Assembly (NCBI GenBank): GCA_963782445.1
Contig: CAWAJM010000001.1
Span: 926,224 to 990,223 of the forward strand
Reading direction: 5' to 3'
Length of the DNA stretch: 64,000 bases
Source: an uncultured Gammaproteobacteria bacterium
GTDB lineage: Bacteria > Pseudomonadota > Gammaproteobacteria > Steroidobacterales > Rariloculaceae
The translations under genes were made by a program, and so were the position numbers. The notes under the pieces are model-generated. The model was given only the letters and a program-made list of their open reading frames with translations, had not been told where the DNA came from and made no database searches. Every line of letters starts with the position of its first letter. The first letter of the stretch is position 1. Shown piece by piece: positions 1-9,517 of the stretch.

Positions 1-120
1 GTGCTCCTTGAAGGCCACGCGGACGTCGCGGCCGAGCAGCTGATGCTTGAACCACGACGGGCGCGGATAGGAACCCACCATCGTGGTCGGGAGTACAGTA
101 TCGACTATCTTTCTTGGCAT
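1..120 (-). CDS. N-terminal 40 codons of a MetE-like (cobalamin-independent methionine synthase II family) protein; the gene runs off the left edge
   Basis: A reverse-strand ATG at 120-118 opens MPRKIVDTVLPTTMVGSYPRPSWFKHQLLGRDVRVAFKEH and stays open to base 1. The MVGSYPRPxW N-terminus is typical of this family. It is too short to appear in the ORF track. Confidence 0.5.
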   Translation of the reverse strand, partial: MPRKIVDTVLPTTMVGSYPRPSWFKHQLLGRDVRVAFKEH

Positions 121-256
121 TATCGGATTCTCCTTGGAATGAAACCGCCCGCGGCTGAGACTTATGGTGTTGTCGTAAAACCCCGGAGTATACGCAACGG
201 GCAACGTTGTCGGTAGCTCCCCCCTGGGGGCCCAGCCGCGGAAAGATCGGCGCTCG

Positions 257-1732
257 TCAGTGACCCATGACGAACGGCGGCGGGAAGTGGCGGCCGCCGC
301 GCTCGAGGGTGATCCAACGTAGCTCCGTGAACTGCTCGATGCCGGCGCGCCCACCGTGGCGGCCGACGCCGCTCGCGCCGATGCCTCCGAAGGGGGCGTG
401 CGGCTCGTCGTGGACCGAGCTGTCGTTGACGTGAGCCATGCCCGTATTGAGGCGGCGCGCGACCTCGAGCCCGCGCTCCTCGTCGCGCGTGATGATGCCC
501 GCCGAGAGGCCGTACTCGGAGTCGTTCGCGATCTCGACGGCCTCGTCCTCGTCGCGCGCACGCAGCACGGGCGCGACGGGCCCGAAAGTCTCTTCCCGGA
601 AAATGCGCATGTCGCGCTTGACACCGGCCAGCACCGTCGGCTCGTAAAAGAGGCCCTCGTGCTTGCCGCCGCAGAGCAGTTGTGCGCCCTGCGCGACGGC
701 CTCATCGACCTGTGCGCGGATCTTGTCGAGCTGCTTCTGGTTGATGATCGGGCCGATGCAGTTGGCGAGCTCGCGCGGGTTGCCGGTCTTGAGCTTCTTC
801 ACGTTGGCCACGAGCTTGTCCGTGAACTCGTCCGCGATGGTCTCGTGCACGATGACGCGCTCGACGGACATGCAGATCTGGCCCTGATGCATGAAAGCGC
901 CGAAGGTCGCGGCATTGACGGCGTGCTCGATGTCGGCATCCTCGAGGACGATGAGCGCGTCCTTGCCGCCGAGCTCGGCGCAGAATTTTTTGAGCAAGCC
1001 GCCGGCCTTGGCCGCGATCTGGCGCCCCACGGCCGTAGAGCCCGTGAAACTGATGCCGCGCACGGCCGGGTTCGAAAGCAGCTCGTCGCCGACCTCGCCG
1101 ACGTGGTCCCGCGAGCAGGTCACGACATTGAAAACGCCCTTCGGCATGCCGGCCTCCTCGAGGATCTCGGCGATCAGCAGGCCGCCGGCGACGGGCGTCT
1201 CCTCGGACGGCTTGAGCACGACGGCGTTGCCGACGGCCAGGGCCGTCGCGAAGCCGCGCGAGGACAGGATCAGCGGGAAGTTCCAGGGCGAGATCACGGA
1301 GACGACGCCGAGCGGTTCGCGCACGATGAGGCTCAGCTTGCCGAGGTCGGACGGGAGGATCTCGCCCGTCACCTGATAGGCCGCCGCGGCGGCCGCGCGA
1401 TAGACGCCGGCGCTGTAGCCGGTCTCGAACATGGCCTTGCCGATCCAGGAGCCGCCTTCGTCGACGAGCACGTCGTGGAACTCCTTCTGGCGCGCCTCGA
1501 GCACGTCTGCCACCCGGGCCAGGATCTGCGCGCGCTGGGAATGGGGCAGGGCGGCCCAGCCGGGTTGCGCCGCCTTCGCGGCGGCGATGGCCGCGGCGGC
1601 ATCGGCCCGGGAGCCATCCGCGACGCGCGTGAACTCGCCGCTCGTCGACGGGTTATAGACCGGAAATTCGGCGCCGTCGCGCGCCGCGCACCATTCGCCG
1701 TTGATATAGAGATTTCTGTTGTTGCTGGCCAT
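257..1732 (-). CDS. NAD(P)-dependent aldehyde dehydrogenase
   Basis: ORF 257-1756. It carries ALDH signatures ELGGKDA and the catalytic-Cys region HQGQICMSVERV. Start is set at MASNNR (1732), preceded by GGAGAGGAGAA. Confidence 0.9.
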   Translation of the reverse strand: MASNNRNLYINGEWCAARDGAEFPVYNPSTSGEFTRVADGSRADAAAAIAAAKAAQPGWAALPHSQRAQILARVADVLEARQKEFHDVLVDEGGSWIGKAMFETGYSAGVYRAAAAAAYQVTGEILPSDLGKLSLIVREPLGVVSVISPWNFPLILSSRGFATALAVGNAVVLKPSEETPVAGGLLIAEILEEAGMPKGVFNVVTCSRDHVGEVGDELLSNPAVRGISFTGSTAVGRQIAAKAGGLLKKFCAELGGKDALIVLEDADIEHAVNAATFGAFMHQGQICMSVERVIVHETIADEFTDKLVANVKKLKTGNPRELANCIGPIINQKQLDKIRAQVDEAVAQGAQLLCGGKHEGLFYEPTVLAGVKRDMRIFREETFGPVAPVLRARDEDEAVEIANDSEYGLSAGIITRDEERGLEVARRLNTGMAHVNDSSVHDEPHAPFGGIGASGVGRHGGRAGIEQFTELRWITLERGGRHFPPPFVMGH

Positions 1733-2010
1733 CGAGTTCTCCTCTCCAGGGCCCATTTTGGTCCGTATGCATCAGGGCGCGGGCGCAAAGGCCCGAGCGC
1801 TCCGTGCAGATGCGGATACTCCCCTCGGTCCGGCCGCCGCATGATCTCCATACCGACTGCCAAGGCGGTGCTGGGCGTCGTTTTCTACCCTGCGACGGGG
1901 TGTCATCGTAGTATAGACAGAGGGTTAACGGCTTGTCAGGCCCGGGCCCGCGGGATTGACGCGGGGCGTTGAAGACTCATGACGACGACCGCGACAGCCG
2001 GACCGGCGCG

Positions 2011-3573
2011 ATGACGAGGGTCCGGAAAGGCACAGACAATCGGCGCCTCGCAGGGCTCATTCTCCTGGCCGGAAGCCTCGTCCTCCTGGCCGGAAGCCTC
2101 GTCGGCTGCGCGCCGCTGTCGCGGCTGCCCGACCCGCCGCCGACCTTCGCCGAAGCGCCGGCGGCCTCGGGCGTCCTCGCCGTCGATGCCGCGCGGCTCG
2201 CGGCCGCGGCGCCCGGCGAGTCTTCCTTTCGGCTGTTGCACGGCAACGAGAACGCGCTCAAGGCCCGTCTCGCTCTGACCGATCTCGCCGTCAAGAGCCT
2301 CGACATCCAGTATTTCATCTGGCAGCAGGACGCGACGGGGCGGCTCTTGCTGCAGCACGTCATCGCGGCCGCGGACCGTGGCGTGCGCGTGCGGCTGCTG
2401 CTCGACGACCTCGCGCTCGGCGGCCTCGATACGGAGCTGGCCGAGCTCGACGCCCATCCCGGCATCGAGGTTCGCGTCTTCAATCCCTGGACCGACCGCT
2501 CGACGTTCGTGCGGCCCCTGCAGTTCGTGGTCGAGCCCGGGCGCCTGAACCACCGTATGCACAACAAGAGCTTCATCGCGGACGGGCATTTCGGCATCGT
2601 GGGGGGGCGTAATATCGGCGACCGTTATTTCGGCGTGTATTCGCGCTTCGTGCAAAACGATCTCGACGTGCTCGTTTCCGGGCCTGTCGTGCACAAGCTT
2701 TCGGGCAGTTTCGACCTGTACTGGAACAGCGCCTTGGCGGTGCCGGTCTACTGGCAGAACGCGGCCGACAAGGCGGACGTTGCCGGTGTCGGCCGCAGGT
2801 GCGCGCAGACGGTGGCTGCGAATCGCGACCGCCTCGCGGCGTTTGCGACGCCGGCGGAAGGCTGGAGCGGGTATTTCGACGCCCTGCTCGGCCAGGCGAG
2901 CTTCGGCCGCGCGGAGGTCTTCGTCGATTCGCCGTCCGTCGAGCGCCACGCGCCGACGCAGCTCTACGAGCAATTCAAGCGCTTCGTTGCATCGGCACAG
3001 CACGAAGTCCTGCTGAGCTCGCCTTACCTCGTCCCGGACAGGACATTCATCGCCGAGCTGCATCGGCTCGTCGAGCGCGGCGTGCGCGTGCGCGTGCTCA
3101 CGAACTCCCTTGCCTCGAACAGCCACGTCATCGCGCATTCCGGCTACAAGAAATGGCGCCGGGCGCTGCTGAGGTCCGGCATCGAGCTGTACGAGATGCG
3201 TGCCGATCCGGCCGTGATCGAGCGCTTCGTCACGCCCCCCGCGGATCCGAGCAAGCTCGCGCTGCATGCGAAGGCCGTCGTCGTCGATGGGCGCTGGTCC
3301 TTCGTCGGCTCACCGAACGTCGATCCGCGTTCGATGATCCTGAACACGGAGATCGGGCTCCTCGTCGACGATCGCAAGTTCGCGGCCGCGGTCTCGAGGA
3401 TCCTCGAACGCGACATGCGGCCCCAGAACGCATGGCGCGTGACGCTCGACCCGCAGGGGTGGCTGCACTGGACGCGCGGGCGCATCACCGTCGACCGCGA
3501 GCCGGCCGAGGGATTCGGTCAGCGGGCCGAGGAGTTCTTTCTGAACCTCATACCGATCAAGAACCAGACCTGA
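2011..3573 (+). CDS. Phospholipase D / cardiolipin-synthase-like family lipoprotein
   Basis: Two HxKxxxxD motifs (HNKSFIADG, HAKAVVVDG). A hydrophobic leader ends in the lipobox LVGC. An alternative start lies at 1969. Confidence 0.85.
   Translation: MTRVRKGTDNRRLAGLILLAGSLVLLAGSLVGCAPLSRLPDPPPTFAEAPAASGVLAVDAARLAAAAPGESSFRLLHGNENALKARLALTDLAVKSLDIQYFIWQQDATGRLLLQHVIAAADRGVRVRLLLDDLALGGLDTELAELDAHPGIEVRVFNPWTDRSTFVRPLQFVVEPGRLNHRMHNKSFIADGHFGIVGGRNIGDRYFGVYSRFVQNDLDVLVSGPVVHKLSGSFDLYWNSALAVPVYWQNAADKADVAGVGRRCAQTVAANRDRLAAFATPAEGWSGYFDALLGQASFGRAEVFVDSPSVERHAPTQLYEQFKRFVASAQHEVLLSSPYLVPDRTFIAELHRLVERGVRVRVLTNSLASNSHVIAHSGYKKWRRALLRSGIELYEMRADPAVIERFVTPPADPSKLALHAKAVVVDGRWSFVGSPNVDPRSMILNTEIGLLVDDRKFAAAVSRILERDMRPQNAWRVTLDPQGWLHWTRGRITVDREPAEGFGQRAEEFFLNLIPIKNQT
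2062..2103 (+). repeat. Perfect 21-bp tandem duplication (2 copies) inside the PLD signal peptide
   Basis: CTCCTGGCCGGAAGCCTCGTC occurs at 2062-2082 and again at 2083-2103. It is in frame and gives LLAGSLV LLAGSLV. Confidence 0.95.
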
Positions 3574-3665
3574 GGCGCGGCGCTCGGCGCGAGGAGCTCG
3601 CTGCGCGGCTCCGGACGACCCTCAGAGTCGCCTGAACCGTGCGTTCTTCAGGTCACGGAAGGCGG

Positions 3666-3989
3666 CTAGCGCTCCAGGTACTGAAGCTTGTCCTTGACGT
3701 CCTTCCACTCGTCGGCGTCGTCGGGCGGCTCGTGGGCCTTCGTGAGCACGGGCCAGCTCTTCGAGAGCTCTGCGTTGAGCTCCAGGAACTGCTCCTGACC
3801 CGAGGGCACGTCGTCTTCCGACACGATGGCCTCCACGGGGCATTCGGGCTCGCAGAGGGTGCAGTCGATGCACTCCTCCGGGTCGATGACGAGCATGTTC
3901 GGGCCTTCGTGGAAACAATCGACCGGGCACACTTCGACGCAGTCTGTGTATTTGCACTTGATGCAGCTTTCGGTGACTACAAAAGTCAT
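3666..3989 (-). CDS. fdxA: 7Fe ferredoxin (3Fe-4S/4Fe-4S, Azotobacter FdxA type)
   Basis: The protein starts [26 protein letters not shown] and contains [16 protein letters not shown]. It is 107 aa, the classical FdI architecture. Confidence 0.92.
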   Translation of the reverse strand: MTFVVTESCIKCKYTDCVEVCPVDCFHEGPNMLVIDPEECIDCTLCEPECPVEAIVSEDDVPSGQEQFLELNAELSKSWPVLTKAHEPPDDADEWKDVKDKLQYLER

Positions 3990-4088
3990 GCCCTGGTTCC
4001 TCGGTGCGGGTAATGGGGAAGGTCGCGAATTTTGCTACAAAAATCGACGCCGGTCCAAGGCGGCCGGCGGCGATACGGCCGCCCGCCG

Positions 4089-4409
4089 TCAGATTTGCGA
4101 ATCGGGCACGCGCACGAGCAGGCCGTCGAGCTCCTCGACGAGCTCGATCTGGCAGCTCAGGCGGCTGTTGGGCTGTCTGTCGAGGACGCAGTCGAGCATG
4201 CCGTCCTCCTGGGCGTCCGGCGGCGGCAGCTTGTCCAGCCATTGCTCGTCGACGTAGACGTGACACGTGGCGCACGAGCAGGCCCCGCCGCACTCGGCGA
4301 CGATGCCCTCCACGTCGTTGTCCACGGCGGTTTCCATGACCGTCGCGCCGGTCTGCGCCTCGATTTCGCGCGCCGTCCCGTCGGGTTCGATATAGGTGAC
4401 TTTAGGCAT
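4089..4409 (-). CDS. [2Fe-2S] ferredoxin, adrenodoxin/putidaredoxin type
   Basis: The internal start MPKVTYIEPDG gives a 106-aa protein. Cluster ligands are CGGACSCATCH plus a distal Cys (RLSCQI). The 167-aa ORF-track version has an implausible N-terminal extension. Confidence 0.88.
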   Translation of the reverse strand: MPKVTYIEPDGTAREIEAQTGATVMETAVDNDVEGIVAECGGACSCATCHVYVDEQWLDKLPPPDAQEDGMLDCVLDRQPNSRLSCQIELVEELDGLLVRVPDSQI

Positions 4410-4740
4410 TGCTCCATGGTCCCTGCCGGGACCCTCGCTCGTAATGGATGGACTCCGGAACCGGATCTTGTGAAATATGCTTATGAACATTGAGTTGCCT
4501 GGGCCGGCGGCCCGCCAAGCTATAATTCGCCGTTCATTTGGGCAGGCCTCGGCCGTTCCGCGGTAGGCAACAACCCCCGGCTCTTTCGGCACGTTCGCCC
4601 CCGAACGCCGTCCATTAGTTTATTGCAAAATAGCGGGTTTGTCGGCGGATCGGGATCCGCGCCGGGATAGAGTGGCCCGGCGCGGGGCCTAAGCAGGTAT
4701 CGAAGCGGACTTCGGGCTTATTGAATTGCGACAAATTGAT

Positions 4741-6630
4741 ATGAGCGATCCCGACAGCATCGACTCCGAATCGATCGTGATTCGCTTCGCGGGCGACTCG
4801 GGCGACGGCGTGCAGCTCATGGGCACGCAATTCGTTGCCGCGACGGCGCTCGCTGGCAGCGATTTCGCGACGTTTCCGGACTATCCGGCCGAGATCCGCG
4901 CGCCCGCCGGCACGACCTTCGGGGTCTCGGCCTATCAGATCAACCTCGGCGCGGGTCCGATCACGACGGCCGGCGACGCGCCGCAGGTGCTGGTGGCCTT
5001 CAACCCAGCGGCCCTCAAGGTCAACCTCGGCTCGCTGGCCCGCGGCGCACTCATCGTGCTCAATACGGACAGCTTCACGAGCCGCGGGCTCGCGAAGGCG
5101 GGCTACGAGCAGGATCCGCGCGCGAGCGGCGCGCTCGACGGCTACCAGGTCGTAGAGCTCGATATCGCCAAGCTCACGAGCGAGGCCGTCAAGACCTTCG
5201 GGCTCAGCAAGAGCGACGCGGGGCGCTGCAAAAACTTCTGGTCGCTCGGCCTCGTGCATTGGATGTTCGGCTACGACGTGGCGGCCGTCGAGGAGTGGGT
5301 CGGCAAACGTTTTGCGAAGAACGAGGCGATCCGCGACGCCAACGTCGCTGCGCTGCATGCCGGCCATGCCTACGGCGAGACGGCCGAGCTGACGGCGGCG
5401 ATCCCGCACCTGCATACGCGGCGCGCCAAGTTTCCACCGGGCGAGTACCGCGGCGTGCGGGGCAGCGAGGCCCTCGCGCTCGGGCTCGCGGCCGGCGGCG
5501 AGCTCGCCGATCGGCCCATCATGTTCTGCTCGTATCCGATCACCCCGGCCTCGCCGCTGCTGCATCGGCTTGCGCAGATGGGTGAGCACGGCGTCGGCGT
5601 GTTTCAGGCCGAGGACGAGATTGCCGCGGCCTGTGCCGCAATCGGGGCCTCCTACGGCGGCGCCATCGGCGTCACGTCGAGCTCGGGCCCCGGCGTCGCG
5701 CTCAAGACCGAGGCCATCGGCCTCGCGATCAACGCGGAGCTGCCGCTCGTCGTCGTCGACTCGCAGCGCGGCGGTCCCTCGACGGGGTTGCCGACGAAGA
5801 CCGAGCAATCGGATCTTTACCAAGCCGTCTACGGCCGCAACGCCGACGCGCCGCTGCCGGTGCTCGCGGCACGCTCGCCGAGCGACTGCTTCGACGTCGC
5901 GGTCGAGGCCGTGCGCATCGCACTGCGGCACATGACGCCGGTCTTTCTGCTGACGGACGGCTATCTCGCGAACGCCGCCGAGCCGTGGCGGATTCCGGAC
6001 ATGAGCACGTATGCGCCGATCGAATCCCAGGCGGCGCCCAGCGAAGCCATCGAGCCCGGCAAGACGGAGGCGGTGTTCGCGCGCGATCCGCGGAGTCTCG
6101 GCCGGCCGTGGATCACGCCCGGGATGCCCGGGCTCATGCACCGCATCGGCGGCCTCGAGAAGGACATCCGCACGGGTAACATCTCGTACGACGCCGCGAA
6201 CCACCAGGCCATGACGCGGCTGCGCGCCGACAAGGTGGCGGCCGTCGCCAAGTTCATCCCGGAGCAGACCGTCGAGATCGGTGCGCACGAGGGCCTCGCC
6301 GTCGTCGGCTGGGGCTCGACCTACGGCGCGCTGTATCAGGCCGTGCGTGCGGTTTCGCGCAGCGGCGGGCGCGTCGGCCTCGTGCACATCCGGTATCTGT
6401 CGCCGTTCCCGAGCAATCTCGGGGATCTGCTTGCGCGGTTCGACCGGATCCTCGTGCCCGAGATGAACATGGGGCAGCTCGCGACTCTGTTGCGGGACAA
6501 GCTCGGTCTCGATCCCGTGCAGCTCAACAAGGTCACGGGGCAGCCTTTCCTCGTCTCCGAGCTCATCGCCGCGATCCGGCGCGAGCTCGCGCAGATTCCC
6601 GCCGCGCAGCATGCGCCGCGCGCGGTTTGA
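4741..6630 (+). CDS. korA: 2-oxoglutarate (2-oxoacid):ferredoxin oxidoreductase, alpha subunit
   Basis: About 630 aa with the fused alpha/gamma-type architecture. The N-terminus reads IVIRFAGDSGDGVQLMG. It lies directly upstream of the TPP-binding beta subunit. The track start at 4726 is a TTG, so ATG 4741 is preferred. Confidence 0.85.
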   Translation: MSDPDSIDSESIVIRFAGDSGDGVQLMGTQFVAATALAGSDFATFPDYPAEIRAPAGTTFGVSAYQINLGAGPITTAGDAPQVLVAFNPAALKVNLGSLARGALIVLNTDSFTSRGLAKAGYEQDPRASGALDGYQVVELDIAKLTSEAVKTFGLSKSDAGRCKNFWSLGLVHWMFGYDVAAVEEWVGKRFAKNEAIRDANVAALHAGHAYGETAELTAAIPHLHTRRAKFPPGEYRGVRGSEALALGLAAGGELADRPIMFCSYPITPASPLLHRLAQMGEHGVGVFQAEDEIAAACAAIGASYGGAIGVTSSSGPGVALKTEAIGLAINAELPLVVVDSQRGGPSTGLPTKTEQSDLYQAVYGRNADAPLPVLAARSPSDCFDVAVEAVRIALRHMTPVFLLTDGYLANAAEPWRIPDMSTYAPIESQAAPSEAIEPGKTEAVFARDPRSLGRPWITPGMPGLMHRIGGLEKDIRTGNISYDAANHQAMTRLRADKVAAVAKFIPEQTVEIGAHEGLAVVGWGSTYGALYQAVRAVSRSGGRVGLVHIRYLSPFPSNLGDLLARFDRILVPEMNMGQLATLLRDKLGLDPVQLNKVTGQPFLVSELIAAIRRELAQIPAAQHAPRAV

Positions 6631-6646
6631 TGAGCGGAGAACGGCC

Positions 6647-7654
6647 ATGAGTGCTGTCGTTTCGAACAAGCTCGACGCCAAGGATTTCGCCTCGGGCCAG
6701 GAGGTGCGGTGGTGCCCCGGCTGCGGCGATTATGCGATTCTCAAGTCGATGACGCGGGCGCTGGCGGACTTGGGCTGCAAGCCCGAGAACACGGTGTTCG
6801 TCTCCGGCATCGGCTGCTCGTCGCGTTTCCCGTATTACCTCGAGACCTACGGCTTTCACACGATTCACGGTCGCGCGCCGGCCATTGCGACGGGGCTCAA
6901 GCTCTCGCGCCCCGAGCTCGACGTATGGGTCGTGACGGGCGACGGGGACGGGCTCTCGATCGGCGGTAACCATCTGCTGCATGCGCTGCGCCGCAACGTC
7001 GGGCTCAAGATCCTGCTGTTCAACAACGAGGTCTACGGGCTCACGAAGGGGCAATACTCGCCCACGTCGCGGCCCGGGACGCGCACGCCCTCGACGCCGC
7101 AGGGCTCGATCGACACGCCGGTCGTGCCGGGACTCTTCGCGCTCGGTGCGGGTGCCCGCTTCATCGCCCGGGCCGTGGACACGGACAAGACAGGTCTCGG
7201 CGGCGTGCTCGAGGCCGCGCACGGCTTCGAAGGCGCGGCTTTCGTGGAGATCTTCCAGAACTGCATCGTCTACAACGACGATGTCTTCAAGTCCTTCACG
7301 GCACGCGAGACGAGCGCTGAGGGCCAAATTCACGTGGAGCACGGCAAGCCGCTCGCCTTCGGCGAGGGCGGCGCCAGGGGCCTGCGCTTCGATCCGGCCG
7401 CCATGGCGCTCGAGGTCATCGACGCCAAGGCGCGGCCCGAGGACGTGCTGCGTCACGACGAGACGAATGCCGTGCTGGCGCAGTTGCTGCTCGGCATGGC
7501 GCCCCCGGCCTTTCCCGTCGCCATGGGCGTCGTGCACCGCAGGCCGGCCGAGAGCTTCGAGCGCGCGTATTACGCGCGCCACCCGACGGGGCTCAAGCGT
7601 ACGGCCCGCGTGGCCGACGCGCTGCGGCAGACCAGCACCTGGCGAGTGGACTAG
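6647..7654 (+). CDS. korB: 2-oxoglutarate (2-oxoacid):ferredoxin oxidoreductase, beta (TPP-binding) subunit
   Basis: Motifs WCPGCGDYAIL, GIGCSSRF and GDGDGLSIGGNH are present. Start is set at MSAVV (6647). Confidence 0.88.
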   Translation: MSAVVSNKLDAKDFASGQEVRWCPGCGDYAILKSMTRALADLGCKPENTVFVSGIGCSSRFPYYLETYGFHTIHGRAPAIATGLKLSRPELDVWVVTGDGDGLSIGGNHLLHALRRNVGLKILLFNNEVYGLTKGQYSPTSRPGTRTPSTPQGSIDTPVVPGLFALGAGARFIARAVDTDKTGLGGVLEAAHGFEGAAFVEIFQNCIVYNDDVFKSFTARETSAEGQIHVEHGKPLAFGEGGARGLRFDPAAMALEVIDAKARPEDVLRHDETNAVLAQLLLGMAPPAFPVAMGVVHRRPAESFERAYYARHPTGLKRTARVADALRQTSTWRVD

Positions 7655-7658
7655 GAGA

Positions 7659-7752
7659 AGAAAAAGGGGTCAGAGCCCTTTTTTCGCGGTTGAGTCGCCG
7701 TAGCCGTGCGGCGTCCGCAGCACGCGAAAAAAGGGCTCTGACCCCTTTTTCT
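7659..7752. repeat. REP-like palindromic element, copy 1 (inverted pair); probable bidirectional terminator
   Basis: AGAAAAAGGGGTCAGAGCCCTTTTTTCGCG (7659-7688) and its exact reverse complement (7723-7752) are separated by a 34-nt spacer. The element lies between the convergent stops of korB (7654) and the MFS gene (7755). Confidence 0.9.
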
Positions 7753-7754
7753 TT

Positions 7755-9494
7755 TTACCGCTCGTGCAGCGCCGCCACGCCGAGGTCGACCTCGTCCTCG
7801 GGATCCGGCGCCTCCATATGGTGCCGCGGGTCCACGGGCCGCATGAGCGCGTTGCAGAGCAATCCGGCGGCCAGCAGCCCGGCCATGAGATACATCGTCG
7901 TGTTGTAGAGACTGCTCGTCGGGTCCACGGTACCGGGCGGCGCGATGGCCATGAGCTTCGCGATCGTGACCGTGTGCTGCGAGACCAGCGTATCGAGCTG
8001 ATCGAGCCCCGCGCCGAAGGCGGCGCGAAAACGCTCGGGGTCGACGGCGGCGGCGAGCGTATGGATCGCGCCGCGCATGGCGTGCTCGCGCAGCGACGTA
8101 ATCGCGAGCGGGCCGAACACGCCGGCTGCGCTCCAGGCCGTCAAGATTCGCCCATGAATGCCGCCGACATAGCGCGTGCCGAAGACGTCGGCGAGGTAGG
8201 CCGGGATCGTCGAGAAGCCGCCGCCGTACATCGTGAAAATGATCATCGTCGCCGCATAGAAGTAGACGAGCCAGAGCACCGCCGGGTTCACGCTGACGCG
8301 GGCGGCCGTGTAGGGGATGGACAGGTACAGCAGCAGGCCTAGCCCCAGGAAGATCGCATACGTATTGCGCCGGCCGATGTAGTCCGAGGCACTGGCCCAG
8401 AGGAAGCGGCCGAGCATGTTGAACACGCTGATCATGACGACGTAGGTTGCCGCGAAGGCGCCGTCGACGATGCCGGGCAGGGCTGTGCCGAAGATCTCGC
8501 TCATCATCGTGCGCGCGACGCTGAGCACGCCGATGCCTGCTGTGACGTTGAGGCAGAGCACGAGCCACAGCTGATAGAACTGCGGGGTCCGCTGGGCCGT
8601 ATCGATGTGCACATGCTTGCCGGAGATCATCTTGCGCTCGCGATGCGCGGCATCGGGCGGCGCCCAGCCGGCGGGCTTCCAGCCCGGCGGCGGCACGCGG
8701 TACGAGAACGACGCGACAAGCATGACGAGCAGGTAGACGAAGCCCAGCGTGACGAACGTCTGCCCGACGCCGACACTGCCCGTGCCGACGAGATAGACCC
8801 CCGCTGGCCCCGGCACGATCATGTTTGCCGTCTCGTTGGCGCCGACGACGACGGCCTCGCGCTCGCCGCCGTCGATCTGCACGTAGCGGCGGCCCGCGCG
8901 CGTCTCGAGATTCACGCTTTGCACCGGCCCGACGTACTGCGGCGGCGTGTAGTATGCCTCGATGAGGTGATTCTGCAGCGGCGCACCGATCATGGCGCCG
9001 CCGCCGAAGCCCATGATCGCGAGGCCGGCAGCCATGCCGCGCCGGTCCGGAAACCAGCGGATCAAGGTGCTGACGGGGGAGACGTAACCGAGCCCGAGAC
9101 CGCAGCCGCCGATGACGCCGTAGCCGAGATAGACGAGCCAGAGCGCGTGGGCGAAGACGCCGATGCCGCCGACGACGTAGCCCCCTCCCCAGCATAGCGC
9201 CGCGACGACGCCGACCTTGCGCGGCCCCACGTCCTCGAGCCACTTGCCGGCGAACGCGGCCGCGAGGCCCAGCACGAGAATCGCGACCGTGAAGATCTGC
9301 ACGACGCTGCCGAGCGACCAGTCCTCGGCGGCCGGCGTCACGACGCCGAAGACGCGCACGAGCGCCGGGTTGTAGATGCTCCATGCATAGACCGAGCCGA
9401 TGCACAGGTGAATTGCGACGGACGCGACCGGCACCCACCAGCGGTTGTAGCGTGCGGGCGCAACGATGCGCTCCTTGGAAAGTATTGCCCCCAT
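7755..9494 (-). CDS. MFS transporter, oxalate/formate antiporter (OFA)-like family
   Basis: 579 aa and polytopic. The N-terminus reads RYNRWWVPVASVAIHLCIGSVYAWS, typical of OFA-family MFS. GGAGGAG precedes the ATG. Confidence 0.75.
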   Translation of the reverse strand: MGAILSKERIVAPARYNRWWVPVASVAIHLCIGSVYAWSIYNPALVRVFGVVTPAAEDWSLGSVVQIFTVAILVLGLAAAFAGKWLEDVGPRKVGVVAALCWGGGYVVGGIGVFAHALWLVYLGYGVIGGCGLGLGYVSPVSTLIRWFPDRRGMAAGLAIMGFGGGAMIGAPLQNHLIEAYYTPPQYVGPVQSVNLETRAGRRYVQIDGGEREAVVVGANETANMIVPGPAGVYLVGTGSVGVGQTFVTLGFVYLLVMLVASFSYRVPPPGWKPAGWAPPDAAHRERKMISGKHVHIDTAQRTPQFYQLWLVLCLNVTAGIGVLSVARTMMSEIFGTALPGIVDGAFAATYVVMISVFNMLGRFLWASASDYIGRRNTYAIFLGLGLLLYLSIPYTAARVSVNPAVLWLVYFYAATMIIFTMYGGGFSTIPAYLADVFGTRYVGGIHGRILTAWSAAGVFGPLAITSLREHAMRGAIHTLAAAVDPERFRAAFGAGLDQLDTLVSQHTVTIAKLMAIAPPGTVDPTSSLYNTTMYLMAGLLAAGLLCNALMRPVDPRHHMEAPDPEDEVDLGVAALHER

Positions 9495-9517
9495 GACTCC
9501 TCCCCGGAAGTGAAAAA

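Noticed and set aside
4615-6681. 688-aa minus-strand ORF opposite korA; similar long antisense or out-of-frame ORFs at 356-1972, 1936-3267, 6563-7582, 7651-9438, 17629-19491, 24281-25777, 31755-33038 and 52261-53670
   Set aside because: Each overlaps a plus- or minus-strand gene that carries diagnostic family motifs. The alternative frames are low-complexity and Arg-rich, so they are GC-driven artefacts.
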